A stretch of 64,000 bases of DNA, from contig OZ249440.1 in NCBI GenBank assembly GCA_965235115.1, forward strand, positions 10,044,001 to 10,108,000, written 5' to 3'. The DNA is from Laetmonice hystrix (Eukaryota). This document shows positions 23,984 to 37,800 of this stretch, piece by piece. The notes under the pieces are model-generated. The model saw only the letters and a program-made list of their open reading frames with translations. It did not search any database and was not told the DNA's origin. How positions within the stretch are numbered: the first letter of the stretch is position 1; the number at the start of each line of letters is the position of its first letter. Both the position numbers and the translations under genes were made by a program.

Positions 23984-26345
23984 GATGCAGCCTGACTGAA
24001 TGTATCGCAGCGGCTATTGCCCACTGGGCTGCCCACATTGAGTGTTGGTATTCACCCTAACCCCAGTGGCTGACAACCTTGAACGCCGTCCCATTGTTAC
24101 ACCCTCAGTCCCTCACAAAGTGGTGGCTGGTACACAATGGCGGCCAACACGGCTCGAGCCAGTGAACCGTGTAATCAATGCGTATAGCCACTTATTAATT
24201 ATACATCTTTGAAAGCGTAACGGTAGTCTGACTGCCCCTTCATTATAACCGACACCCTGACTGCTATAAACCCTGTCTACCCGCGCTGTAATTCATCATT
24301 AGCCGTTTCGAGTGACATCAATATTTGAGTAGAGCACATTGAATACGCCCCGACGTAGCCGTTGAATGAAAACGGCATGAGTAATACAAGCGAATGGGAT
24401 CGGATCCTCGCTTTTATAGAAGGGTTAAGAAATTAGGCATGCACTTATTCACCCCCTCCCCCTTCCACCCCACACCCGAGCCGACGGCTCTAGATTTTTT
24501 TGTTAGGTTTCGAGTCATATTTCGAGTCCTTTGGGGTAGGTTTCATCTCGTTTAGTTAAAGGAAGAAATCAATTTTAGATGTAAACCCCTTCCCGCTTTT
24601 TCCTGCCCTGCATCGGATTTGAATTTCTAAACCCAAATTACGCCGTGACCCTTTCTACATCAGTCATGGCGACGGAAAGATAATCTCTCTCCCCATGCGT
24701 GTATATGTTTAATTGTTCTGTAATGAAGGCACGTTTATAAGGTGAAAATAGTAACGCATATAGCAAAGGCGTCAAAATTAAAATATTTGGTTCCGTAGAA
24801 GAGGTGAACACTGCATTTCATGTCACGTACATGAACATTACTCAGTTACGACGTAATTTATATCGGAACAAACACAAACATAGAATATGGCTCACTTTGA
24901 GTGACTCTCTCATCCTTCATTATTCATCTCAACCCCTCAACTTTATAAACAATCTAGAGATGAATTCATGTGCGAATCTCATCAGTCACAGTGTAGATGG
25001 TTGAGTCTCCGACATATTATCGTCCTGGAGCCTGTGGGGGTGCATGGTGGTGGTGATGACGGTGTTGGGTGCTAACTTAAAGCAAGGGGTGTGATGGATA
25101 GTTTCCGCTAGATCGGCTTAAAGACAGACGTTCCCATAACACTCGAGTAACACAAGTATTTCTGACCCCAGGCAACGACAGCCAACAGAGTGGCAGTAGT
25201 CTACATCTTTGAACCAGTTTTATACCAGCTAGAGCCCCCTATGTCTGGTGGTGTATTGAAAGTCACAGAAATCATGGGTCAATTCTCCGATCAAGTGGAC
25301 CGGTTCACCGTCTGTCCGAGGTTACGGAGCATGTGCAGGCACGTATAGCCTGGATTTCCATGGGACTGGGGGTCAAAAATAATTACATGTAGGCCTAAAA
25401 AGAATAAACCGCACTCCATGCAATGACCCAGGAATTTCTCCTTTTCTTGAGCTGTTGGAAAAATGCCTTCCTGACATGGTAAGCTGGCGAGATTTACAAA
25501 AAGTAGAAATACATGCATGGACCAAAGTTTGCGTGTTGATTTGGGATGCCAGACATAAAAACATGAACTTTTTCACAGAACTCTAAAGATTGTGGGTCCC
25601 GAGAGAAGATACAAAAAAATAAGAACAATTGCCTTATACCAATATGCACGATGTACAACATTTCTTCCTGACTTCCTTCCTGATAGACTTCGATGTCTAC
25701 AGTATGGAAAGTTGGTACAGTGTCTAGTCCAATGAGAGGAAGTAGTACCCAAGGTCCTGGTTGACTCTAGTACGTCCACCCCCAGATTGTACCCGGCAAA
25801 TGTAAGCTCCGATTGCCTTATTGTCATTCACAGCGTAGGTGATCGCATTTCTTGGTGATCATATGGCGCTGGGGGTGCATTAATTGCGCTCCCCACTGCT
25901 GGCACGCCGCTGCTGCCCCCTGGGGCACGCCTGTGTTTGGATACGTTCTTCCAATGGTCTCGCTTTCAGCCGATCTGCCAAAACACATTGCCTACATGGT
26001 TTGATACGCAGGCCTGGCCCGTGCGGCGGAAAGCCCGTGAAATGTGCAACATGTACGGCAGGTCGTCTGTAGGGGCGGACTTGATCATTTCATGTCGTTA
26101 GGATCTGTCACCTTCGATCAGCGCCTGCTCGGTTAGAATCGAGTGGAACTAGTCTAAAACAGACTGGGGAACTATAGCCCGCATTTCATACTGCCATTCC
26201 CATTCCACAGATCAACAACGTATTGCCACATAGGTCAGACTCGATCACCTACACTGAGTGGAGTCCACTATGAATTCTGATCTGCCGGTTTCTGAGGTAT
26301 AGATATTGGAATATTGTAATGAAGAAGTTCCCGTATGATGAGCCG

Positions 26346-26488
26346 NNNNNNNNNNNNNNNNNNNNNNNNNNNNNNNNNNNNNNNNNNNNNNNNNNNNNNN
26401 NNNNNNNNNNNNNNNNNNNNNNNNNNNNNNNNNNNNNNNNNNNNNNNNNNNNNNNNNNNNNNNNNNNNNNNNNNNNNNNNNNNNNNNN
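26346..26488. other. Assembly gap (143 N) in the 25.6-kb slit intron
   Basis: Run of N. Confidence 0.99.
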
Positions 26489-28872
26489 AGACAGGCACCA
26501 CTGCCAAATCATATAACCACAGTTGTCATTCGTTACAGTGTTAGTTTTTTTTATGTACTCGGGGTTAAAGGTGGAACAATCTCCCAAACGACCCCTAGCA
26601 AGGTCATCTGGCTGATTGTTAATTAATCCACTGATTTCTTCATCAGTGTCTCTGCCTGGGGAGTCACCAAGCTAACTGACAGACCTGATTGGTAGCTCTG
26701 CCCCTTCCCGTCCCACCCCATCCCATTTAAGTGTCATAATTACCGCCCACTGTCACACAAATCAATCACCTATGCAATCACCTGTCATCGCTCAGCGATA
26801 TCTATACTTGGCACTCTTCCTTTAAAAGCCATGCCAAGAGTACAAATCTCACCTTTAAGATAGGATTTTTCTTTATGAATCAAAGGGACTTTTGTCCTTA
26901 TCCAGAGCGAGTGAACGTTCTATATCCGGTCAGAGCAGCCTCGTTATGACTGAGAGTTCTGCTTCCGGCCTTACAGCCTCGTTTTCATGGACAAGTTACC
27001 GAACTATTTCCTGCCAAGCTACTGGTTGCTGCTGGTTGTTAAGCTGCACGCGCGAATCCTGACAAATGGGCCTTGTTGGTCACGCCAGTAACAAGGTTCA
27101 GATGTTGTGCCAAGGCTCAGTAACACCCAAAAAAAATCTTCCGAGGATGCTCTGGCTTCATAATACCTTCCCACCGCTGTATGATTGCAAGAGGCAGCTG
27201 GGGGCAATTACCACTCAAAAGGTGTTGGTCTCAATAAATGGAAACAAAGTGCGACGTATGGAAGATTTCAGTGTGACGTATGGAAGGTTTAAGATGGACA
27301 CGCCAGCAAAAACTATCTTGTACAAATTACTCCTTTCATGCAGGAATCCTAACAATAGCAGCTTGATATTGGTGCATGTTATAAAGCAAATATAGTTTGG
27401 ATAATTTGTGGTTAGAGTTTAGCTCGGCGCAGCTCGACTGAAGGAACTAATATGTGCAGTCCTATATATTCAACCCAGTGGATAATAAGCCAAAGAATTG
27501 TCAATAATCTGTGTAGATTGATAATTTCATTTCATAAAGGATGAACGAGAAATATTTGAAATATTCTTTGGACAACCCCTTAACTGGTATGAATCATGAT
27601 TAAGCATTGCAGGGGGAGAACGATATTGTGCAACCAATTCGTTACTGCACATATCTAAACACCAGAACGAAAAGGTTCACGAAATTTCTTGTGCATATAT
27701 ACAGTATTATAGCTGCCATTCCACGCACCCAATTACAGGGGGAAGAATTCAGTTTGCTCAAACTTCAGCCCAGCATTATGGACCTATGGATGTGGACAAT
27801 CACATCTCATTCACAGAGGGATGAAAGAAGTTGCCTATTGACCCTTGCGCCAATAGAATCTGCACTCCCTGCGATCGAACGTCTGCGCCGGGCTTGCCCG
27901 AAAGCTTGAGAGGCCATGAATGAGCAAATTGATACATCGTGTTCAATGGCGTGGGGCCAAGGCCATTGAGTGCACTCATATCCACCATCTCAGTGTCTGC
28001 ACTTCTTTACCTCTGATTGCAAGGCAAAACCCTTTAAAAGGAACCTTTAAAAGCTGTGTATTAATGATTTTTTGTGAACAACGATATAATCAGTGTGGTG
28101 AAATGAAATGCGAACCAGACATCGAGAAGCCACAAGAGAGATGAAAACAATAATTTGAAGGCAGCTCAGTCGCCGCCATTTTGATCTTTGTCGTGAGCCT
28201 GGTGGATTTCTTACTCTGAGTGACCTGTACTGTAACCCCTCTCTGCTTCCGTCTTAAAGGAGGACTTCATCGTAATGAAATATGTGAGTTAGTATCACAT
28301 CCAGGATACTGTCATAAAGGTAGTTGTCAGTCTCTACGCTAGCAGAATCTTGAGTTTACCAATGGCATTGTAGCACAGTTGAAGATAGAATCACTGGTGT
28401 AGTGCAGCAGGCTGGGGTTGGCGGGGTTGCAGCACGTGCCCCCCCCCCCCCCCCCACACACACAGATCATGAATGGCTTCCACCCTCAACTCCCTACCTA
28501 TCCCTACCCCCTGGCTATTTGCCTCATGCCATGGATACCCCGCGCTGGGTCCATGATCTGCACCTGTGTTTGAAACTCGTCAGTCAGCTGCCGGACCTGC
28601 GTCCATCTTCCAGCGCCCGCTTCCCACGTCATGTTTCTGTAACCCACCGGTAGGAGGCGGTCTGGTAGAAGTTTGTTACAGCGCCCGCCTGCAGGGCTTC
28701 AATCCGGGCACTGCGAGCCCGTGTTACCTCAGTGGGTCAGGTTTAACAAGTACTTCCGGATCAACAGACCGGCAAACATGGCCACCTGCAGTCGTTACAA
28801 ACTCTCTGCTAGTGGCAGTTTGCACCTTACTCCTCAGTCAGCACCTTACTCCCAAATTCAGGCATTTTTGCA

Positions 28873-29068
28873 GGGCCTGTATTTTTACAACGCCAGTTTT
28901 GGCTTAGACCTAAGATTAACGCTCCAGATTGGCCCACCTGCTTCGCCCACTCAATCATAAAAGCTAAGCTTAAGCATTAACTTAAGCTTTGGAAAATCGG
29001 ATAAGACCAGCCAATCAGAAAGCTATGTTTAACTTGAAGCAAGAACTAAAGTTCTGAAAAACGGGGCC
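28873..29068. mobile_element. MITE family A, longer copy
   Basis: Starts cag|ggcctgtatttttacaacgccagttttggcttagacctaagattaacgctccagattggcc and ends ccaatcagaaagctatgtttaacttgaagcaagaactaaagttctgaaaaacggggcc. Same arms as the 19922 copy. Confidence 0.72.
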
Positions 29069-29969
29069 GAGGAATATTCACATGTCTATTTAAAGATTTA
29101 AACCCCTTTGGTCTGGATCAAGAATCAATATTTTCATCGCATTCTTCAATTTCTTATTGAGTACTGCATAATGAAGGACTTCTTTCAGGTACAAACTGAC
29201 ACGAATACGGTTTGCCATAAATATTAATCAGCAATTCGCAAAAGCATTACGAATATTTTCTACATTTACAACTCCTGACTATAGTTATGTAGTTTGTCAT
29301 TTTCCAAAATTTAACTTGCAACTCCCGCATCACCGCTACTGGCTCATTCTTACCGTCACTGGCCGTCATTGAATCATTCATACGGTTTGCCACGGATTTA
29401 CCATCACTTGAAGACAACGTAAAAGTGAGATCTCCAAAATTCCATTCTCTCCCGGGACTACCTTCCTCCCGTGAATTTCCCCCTAAATCCTTTAGTTTTT
29501 ATGTGTTCCCGTACTCCGATAAGCAGTTCTCCCTAGCTCCTGTCTGTTCCCTAATCCTCGCCCCATGATCTACGACTGTCTCCACTGCCCGTTCCACAGC
29601 CGGTGGGTGGCTCCCGTTCTCCGTGCCTGATTGCATGTAGTAGTTGGGCGCATGATGACGACAATACATCACCGCCTTGACCACTGGTCAGTAGCGCCCC
29701 CACCCCCACGTGTCAGGCGGTCAATTGGCGGGCCTTATTTTGATGCTTTTCATGTAAGATGCTGAGGGGGGATGGAGAGCCTGGCGCACCTCCTCGACTG
29801 GAGACAATCAATAGGAACCATCAAGTCTGCTTTGTCCGCAGTTCGTGAGGTCCATGGCAAGGCCACCGCGCAGTCAGTGAAGGCAATCTTGTAGCCAGCA
29901 CCTGCTAACGGAATCACAATGATGAGGCGGTCAGCTTCAGGTGTGCCACCCACCCACCCACCCAACCAG

Positions 29970-30005
29970 TCCTCCTCCTCCTGCTCCTCCTCCTGCTCCT
30001 CCTCC
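29970..30005. repeat. (CCT/GCT)n low-complexity tract
   Basis: tcctcctcctcctgctcctcctcctgctcctcctcc. Confidence 0.85.
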
Positions 30006-32627
30006 ATGGCAGCCCACCATGACAGAGCACGCAGTCTGGTATTGGCATCCCCTTATTGCAGCCTCCTCTCTTGTACCTCCTGCCATCCACCATTGCTCAT
30101 AAATCGTCACATTCCAGGCGATACTGCGAGCAAAAGTAGCGGCGCTACCGGTAGCCTTTGCTGCCCATTGCACTTAATCCTTTCACAAAACCTTGTGTTC
30201 AGGTGGGATCAGAGGGGGCGATTGGGAAGTGGTCAGCACTGCAAACACGCCGGGCGCTGATCCTTGACCAGGACGGGTCAACAGGCGCTATTTCCTGGCC
30301 GCTGGACAGAGCTGATAACATCCGTGGCCAGTCGGCCCCGCGCGATCTGTCAGACGGAATAAAAATACCGTCCAGGGTCAGAGGGTGTTGAAACGGTGTG
30401 ATAAATCGACTGCCTCTGCTGGGAAGGACCGCCTTACCGTGTGCACTTGGTGGTGTAATTGCAGCAGAAAGGCCCGGATAAGCTGACACAGTCCCCCTCT
30501 AAACCTCATAACCTTCCGCATCCGGCACTATGAATACTTTTATTAATATTCGCTTGGTTTTATGAACTATATATTGTACTATAAGGAACCTGTCAGGAAG
30601 CACTTCAAACTGTCGCGACCTTGGCCGCTGCTTCTGTACTTGCCGCTGTTGGAGGAGGGAGAGGGTGTTTTTAGCGAAAGGGTGCGGGAAGAACTGGAGT
30701 CGGTATCTTACCGCTTAGTGAGCAGATTCATGTGGTGCCACAGATGTGGTGCAAATAATAATGTAATTCCTGCGCATATTCTTTAATTATGCCACTACAA
30801 ATGAAGACCATGTTTCATCATGCTAATTTGGTGTAAGTTTTCTAACTCTGCCCCTATAAAAGCCCTTGGGAAACATTCCTCCGATATTGCCTCTTCAGCC
30901 AGTTCAGGCATCGGAAGCAGGTGACAAATATTCAGAAGAAAAGCCAAAATAAAAAAAGACGTCATTCTTTCAGTCCTCCGGGATCCTTCCAATGTCAGAC
31001 AAGTACTTTCAATTTGGAAAGTAGTAACAAGAAATTTGAAAGGATGCATTTGGCTGAGTGTGGGGAGCAGCAGCCGGTGCCTGTCCTATAATGGTAGAGC
31101 TGAGCCGAAGGTCCTGATACGCATCATGATGAGCACCTGTGGACACCCAGCAATACCAGACCCGACCCAGAGGCGACCCGTCACCATGGCAGCCGACCAC
31201 AGAGCCATGCCACTCAACTCAACAACCCCTTCCAACAACACTTAAACAGTGTCATACAGAAAAACAAATTTCGAAAAATAAATCTGGATGGTACGCCGCG
31301 GAGTTCATATTAAAAGATATTTGAGTGCCCCAAGTCTATTTTTTGTAATTCTCATACGGCACTTAAGCGGGTTTTTTTCGGGATCAATTAGCTTAGCTTA
31401 GTGACTGACAGAGGGGCCCGGACAGAGCCTGCGTGTGACTATCATTTTATTTTGCCTGGATATCATGGAATGACAACATATCGAACTTTCCTATATTTTT
31501 CTAGGTTTTTTTCACTTACTGAACGATCGGTATACGTAATTTCTCAATGTATAAAAAGGGACTGGGGTGGATTGACAATAATACAAGCAGTGTCATATTA
31601 TCGCCAAGAGTTACGTGACTTCACCTGTGCAAGGTGAACCTCATCCCTGCAATAAGACTCCACCGTCAGATCTATGCCAATCTAAAATAGAACTAGTGTC
31701 ATCGCAGCAAGGCCAGGCTCTCCCACATTCCTTGGCCTGATGACAAAGTGCACTTAAATTCCGCCGCTATTTTTACGACTAGTCGATCATGCAACCTTTG
31801 CAGGGCCGGTCGATGCTGCCCCCCGCAATTGTTTGTGTTATATGTCTGGAAGATCATTGTTAGTTCCCTGTGGTATACTTTTGTTTGGCGGCGACTTGAG
31901 CTGCGACCTATCAAACACATTGCCCCTGGTCTGCTGGGTAAGATCACACGACCACCTCTGTACCAGTGTTAAATCATCAAGAATATAACGAGTTGAACGT
32001 TGTCATGCTGACAGCAGCTCATGTCGTATAGTCTCCTATATTGGCGCTGGCCGAAGTCGTTGGAACAGAAACTATATTTGGCTGCCGTACGTTCAGCCAA
32101 TCAGCGCGCTCGTTCATCCACATGCAGGCTTCATGTAATATTGGAAGGCAACTACACAAAATGTGTTTAGTCTGCAGCTCCCCCCCCCCACACACACACA
32201 CACACACCTCGGTCCCCTTTTCAGTAAATGGATCATAAGAATGACATCATGATCTGGAAAATATTACCATCTCGGTCTTATTAAAAAAAACCAGAGGAAT
32301 ACTCATTTACAAGGTACGATTCACTGTAGCTTAAATGTAACCACTGCTATGCTACGAGACGATTACAAGCCGCATCCCCTCATATCCCAGACTCTCTGGA
32401 AGATGCTCTTTTGCTCCCGTCATAAACAAGACAAGAAGATTATATCAAAGAGCTGCGGTTATCTTTGATGTCAATAAACAAAGCTGCGCGAGGAGCCCGG
32501 GAGGCGTCCACAAGGCGTCCATTACCTGATCACTGTATATAGGTGAACTGTCACGAGCAGAAACCGCCAGCTGCAGGTGATGTTCACCATAAAACAAACA
32601 TCCACTCCTATATCGGAGCCAACCACC

Positions 32628-32675
32628 AGAAGCGTTCAGCAAGAACTAAAGTTTTGAGAGAATAAAACCGGGCTC
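32628..32675. mobile_element. MITE family A, right-arm fragment
   Basis: ccagaagcgttcagcaagaactaaagttttgagagaataaaaccgggctc matches the reverse complement of the left arm at 19922-19955, including the expanded ttttcatttcaaaac end. Confidence 0.6.
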
Positions 32676-33888
32676 TGGTGTTCGGCTGGTGAGGGCGACG
32701 GTATCCATGAAGCCGGGTGGATAATCCGGCCTTATGTAACGGCTGCCAAACGGTAGCCAGAACACAGGTGTGCGAGTCAGGTGAGGCGGATTATCGCCCG
32801 ATAACCCGGCCACTGACGGGATAACGCTGGCTCAGATATAAACGTGAATGGTAATCGCCTACCTTCTTAAAGGTTGGCGCTGAGACCATTCTCCAGTAAC
32901 AATGGTCTCTTATTGGAGACGATGTCCTTAAGGGCGCTCCTGGTATATCGTCGTCACTGTCTAACCGCCCATTACTCAGTGGGTATTGCACGTCGAACGG
33001 AAGGCTTAAATGCTTTATGACCTAATAGGCTCGAGGCGCAGTCGAGAGCTTGTTTACGGCATGAAGCACGCCAGCGAGACCGATGAATGCAATATGTACG
33101 ATAGAACACTGCAGAATAATTTAACAAACATAATTGCACTTTTTCCATAATTCCCAAAGTATTCAAAGCTGATACGGAGGCTGCTGAGAGAAATGTATAC
33201 ATTCAGAGGCATCCAACTGATTGTATCTGCAGTATTGAAGTTTGATTGTAAGATGTTTATTTCACGCACTAACAGCAGATGGAATTACTTCTGTCTTTCA
33301 TGTGGTACCGACAAGGCAAGTGAATTCGACAAGTTACGCCCTTATAATTGAAACTCTTTTGTATATCAGAGCTCCGGTCTGGAAAAATTTGTTTGATGAC
33401 GTACAAGGTCAAAACATTTATTTTCCGCCTTGCCCTTTTAGCTTCATTCGGCCTGAATGCACAAAGGAAGTGTCAAAGGAAGTGAACCGGAATTCTGATG
33501 CCATTTGGAAAAACAAAAATTCTGGAATTTAAAACCAAATGTTTGATCTATGTTAGAAAGCTGAAGAATTAAATTCTAAACACGACCGAACTGTATCTGA
33601 TCATTAACTGAAAGTTTATTACGACTAGTCTCAAATTAGCAGTTAATTTAAACATTACGATTTTATATTTAGCGATAGGGAACTCCCATGGTATTACCAT
33701 TGATTATTTTGATTTGCAGATCACTTGTCATGTCATTTAACAAGCATGATCTATCCGGATCCATCCAGGCGAGCAGCCTGAAATAATGATTTAATGACAG
33801 ACCCAGCTAAAATCATGAATTCATATTACCCGATCACTGAATGGGAACTATGCAGTTATTCTAAACATACATCCTTAATGAAGCAGAG

Positions 33889-33948
33889 CAGCCAATCAGA
33901 AGCGTTAAGCTTAGGCTTAAGTCAGAACTTAAGTTTTGAAAACTGGAG
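33889..33948. mobile_element. MITE family A, right-arm fragment
   Basis: cagccaatcagaagcgttaagcttaggcttaagtcagaacttaagttttgaaaactgg aligns with the right arm of the 19922 copy and the reverse complement of the 28873 left arm. Confidence 0.65.
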
Positions 33949-34529
33949 CATATGTCCCCTGACCTTATTTAGTAGCAATAAGAATATAACTAAAAACCAT
34001 AGAGGAGTCTGCCCCCCCCCCCAAAAAAAAAAAAAAAAAAAAAAAAAAGAATCTGGTCAGGTTCACAAGCACACTTGAGTTGGTAGCATCGACGTCATTG
34101 CCTCCGATGCTGAAAAATGGGGAATAGTCCTTAATTGAATTAAACCTTCCGCTTAAATTGCGTCATTGAGACTAATAGGAGTGCGTGTATTGTGTGAGCC
34201 TTGTGGCAGACTGGCACTGACTGCATGCACTGACCAGGCGGGAGGTGAGCTAGGATTCACGGGAGGCGGGGCTGAAACAATCCCAGGTCTGAGTGGTCAA
34301 TTTCTGTATTGGTTGAGACCTCGCAGACACTTACGTACAGCTTTTCGGCGGAGTCACTCAGACTTTGTCTCAATACTAAAGGAGATTGACCCACGTAAAT
34401 GTATAAGATATTGTAAATGTTTAATCTTGATGGTGATGGGGTTCTTTTCTTCTCAATTAAAGTTTACTTTTTAGTTGTTTTCATGGCTACAGTAGCAATA
34501 ACGAATTGGGGTACATTAGACGCATGCGC

Positions 34530-34863
34530 AATGGGGATTTCAAGTCAAATCCGCAAGGCGGCAGCACTGTGCAAGCAGTCCTTGCTGCAGTACGTTAGCA
34601 TAAGGTTAGATAGGACGACGAAATGCTAATGTGCTGTAGGATGACCTAACCTTATCATTACTAAATAATATTAACTCATTTGGACTAAAGTGAATGAAAG
34701 AAGTTTAAAAATTGTCATACCTTTTTAAAACAAATGTCGGTAAGGCAACCAGCCACAGATTAGCAGATATCAGCCTATCTAATTCTATGCTAAAATGTCG
34801 CCTCCTGAACCGCTTGCACAGTGCTGCCGCCATGCGGAAAAGGCGGCGACCATGTTCCCCATT
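34530..34863. mobile_element. Foldback/MITE-like element with long imperfect inverted repeats
   Basis: tccgcaaggcggcagcactgtgcaagcag (34550-34578) pairs with ccgcttgcacagtgctgccgccatgcgga (34810-34838), 27/29. ttagcataaggttagatagg (34595-34614) pairs with cctatctaattctatgctaa (34774-34793). Outer aatgggga/tccccatt also pair. Confidence 0.7.
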
Positions 34864-37800
34864 AAACTAGACCAGACTAGGACTAGACTAGGTCAGCTGA
34901 CCCAAAAATATATAAAAGCTTTATTTGTAAAAGCTATAGTCAAGGCCCGTTTTAAAGGTATTCATCCTTTAAATGTATGATATTCGCAGAGAATTTGCCA
35001 AAAGAATATTGCATTAGAGGACAGAGTTAAAGTTGCGTTACAGGTAATTAAAATCCTTGTCTAGTTTTACAATGGACCGTAAATTGTAATATGGTTATAG
35101 TTGGATAAATTTTCAACGACTGGCAGTTGTTACTGCAGATATAACTATCCATTAACCAAACAGGCTCCTTTTCAGTTTTTTTTGGTACTTGCGTGGGGAG
35201 TTCCCGAACGATCATGTAGAAGAACACGCAATATGACCATTGTAATAAAAAGCGTCTTCTCTTTTTCGAATTTCGCTTCTAAAATACTGTTTGCTTATCC
35301 TGCAGGCTTCCGAATCTATACGAAACAGGCCATTTGTATTTCACTCGGATTGAACCATAAACGACGGATAATTATGTTGACTGGTAGCATACAATGAGGT
35401 TGTGTTTAATGCCCCCTTGGAAAACCCAGATGCGGGAAATTTGGCTATTTGAGAGAAGGCATGACCAGTGAGATTCGTTGTAATTTGACACGTTGCCATG
35501 CAGGAGATGCTACAAGTGGAGACAGAACGGGGGGGCAAGTTTTCCCCGCGCTCGAGAGGCCCTTGTGAAATATCCGCGCGAGTCTCCCTATTAACACATT
35601 ACCGTGTGGCCCTTGGCACCTCTCCGGCCTGATGAAGTATTCATGGTCACGCTCGGACCACAGGGCCGAGGGCCGGCGAGGCTCTCCCTCCTGCCCGCCT
35701 GGTCAGCCGGCTGCTGGCTGGCAGACCGCCGGCCGGCACAGGGCCCTACTGCCGTGATCGCCCGTCCAAACTCCGAGCCTCCTGGGCAATGTTAGCAGCT
35801 GCTGACCGACCCCACAATCCTGTTCTGTATTTATGGCGGGAGAAATCCCCCAGAGAGAAGTTTGCCTGACGCCGACTGCTGCCCGTGCCTCCGGTCTTAT
35901 CTTCCCGGGACCAGAGGTGATGTTTCCGGACAGCGCGAGCTGGCCGTCTCAATCTCCGCTAAAATCCTACATATATTGAGGGTCCTCAGGAGTGGTCCTA
36001 AACATATGTGTCCACTCTAACAAATATGATACTTTTATTGACCACCTGGGAGTACATCCGTTTTGGAAGATTTGTTAAACAGGGAGACGTGAGTTTGAAA
36101 AGGAATAGTAATTTAAGAAATACAAATCAAAGATTCAAATCCGGAGGCCTTTAATATGAGGATTAAGGTATGGCACTCGGCGTGCGGTTCCTAGAAATCC
36201 TAAAAAAATGCTTTCTTCAACTAACAGCTGTCTCTTACTGAGAACAAAATATTCTAAATTTAAACTAAATTATGCATCTCCATATAAAACATTTTGCTTT
36301 GATTCAGTTAGAGGGGCCACATGCCATTCCTGTACCTGATGCGATTCCCCAAATATTAAATTATTCTCTCAACACTGGTCCCAACTGCGGGTAACTTCAA
36401 TCATTTAATACCCATTTGCTGAGACGTCGTCCTCATTTACCCGTTGGTTATAAAGGTTGATCTTCCAGGGATACTCGGAGCTCAGCATGGATCCGTGTTG
36501 CCTGGCCCCTAGAAGGGGCAGGTGGATCGTAAAGTGATATTTCCAACTCTGCAAATGGATTTTTGAATTTACTGGCTGCCACGTAACGCCAATGTTAGCA
36601 TGTGGAGATGGATGCCCACACAGTGTTGGGATCTTGTAGAAAGGGGCGGGTGTTGACTTGGTTTTTGTGTAGGTGAGAGTAGATTTAGTTCCCAGTGGAT
36701 CCTGTAAACAGATGAGGGGATCGACCCATTGACAGCCGAGTGTGTGTATGCGGGCAGGGTGAGGCGGAGGGCTCTGTACTGGAGGACCTGAGGTGGAAGG
36801 GCTCGGCGTCAGCTCCTTGTGTCAGCCAGGCCAGACACCGTCCACCTGACCGGATCCCAACAATGAACTCCTCCACCCCAGTGGTTGCATCTTCAGGGCC
36901 GGAGGTGGGTGGAGGGCGGCAAGGGGGGGGGGCTCTTACCCCCACCCGCCTCCGGCCGACATGCCCCTACCCCCTATCTCTGCGGTCCTACATGCTCACC
37001 CCTCCAGCCAGACTCCCATGACAACATCTGAGTCAGGCCAAGCAACAAAAGGTCCACGGCCTCCTAGCCGAATGTCACATGTTCCACTGGCCCGCTCGCC
37101 CCAAGCGTCTACAGGTACATGATTTAAATTTGGCAATGAAGTCCAGAATCACTGGTGCGTCCCCTGTGACAGCGGGATGCTGTCCTGACGTCGATTTATG
37201 CCATCTTCTCACACACACACGCCTAAACACCTCGGATATTAGTGGCTTTTGCGTCGTCCCTTTTGTATGGTCATCAAAATGATGAGAGGTGTTGTACGGT
37301 AAGGAGACAGAACCACTGATGTGGACCAGTAGATTACGGGCTAACCTGCCACTATACATAAAGATAAAACATCCTACAGTGGCGATGGCGCGGCCAGGCA
37401 GGATTACCACACGGGGGGAAACTCAATTTAAAGTGGATCCACATTTCTAGTGAACCATGTGAAGTATGGCCAGTCCGGGGAAGGCAGGCGAGTGAGGGCA
37501 AGGAGGAAATCAAACGAGGCCGAGCTGCTGACTAAGTGGGAAGCTTCCCGGACCTGGCACCGACACGACGGTAAAAGGAGTTGTGAAGTGTATGAGCTGA
37601 AGGCTTACTTTCACCTGCCCACTGGGGCATTCCGACGGGATTATTCCACCTGACAACACATTAACTATGGCAACCGCCCAGCCGGCAATTGCCTGATCCA
37701 GTGACCAGAATTGTAGCATGCTGCATTTGGTACGGTGCCATGGAACCTAGAATTTATCACTCAAGTCGTGGTCGGGAAGAATGGTCAACTCTGACCCGAT

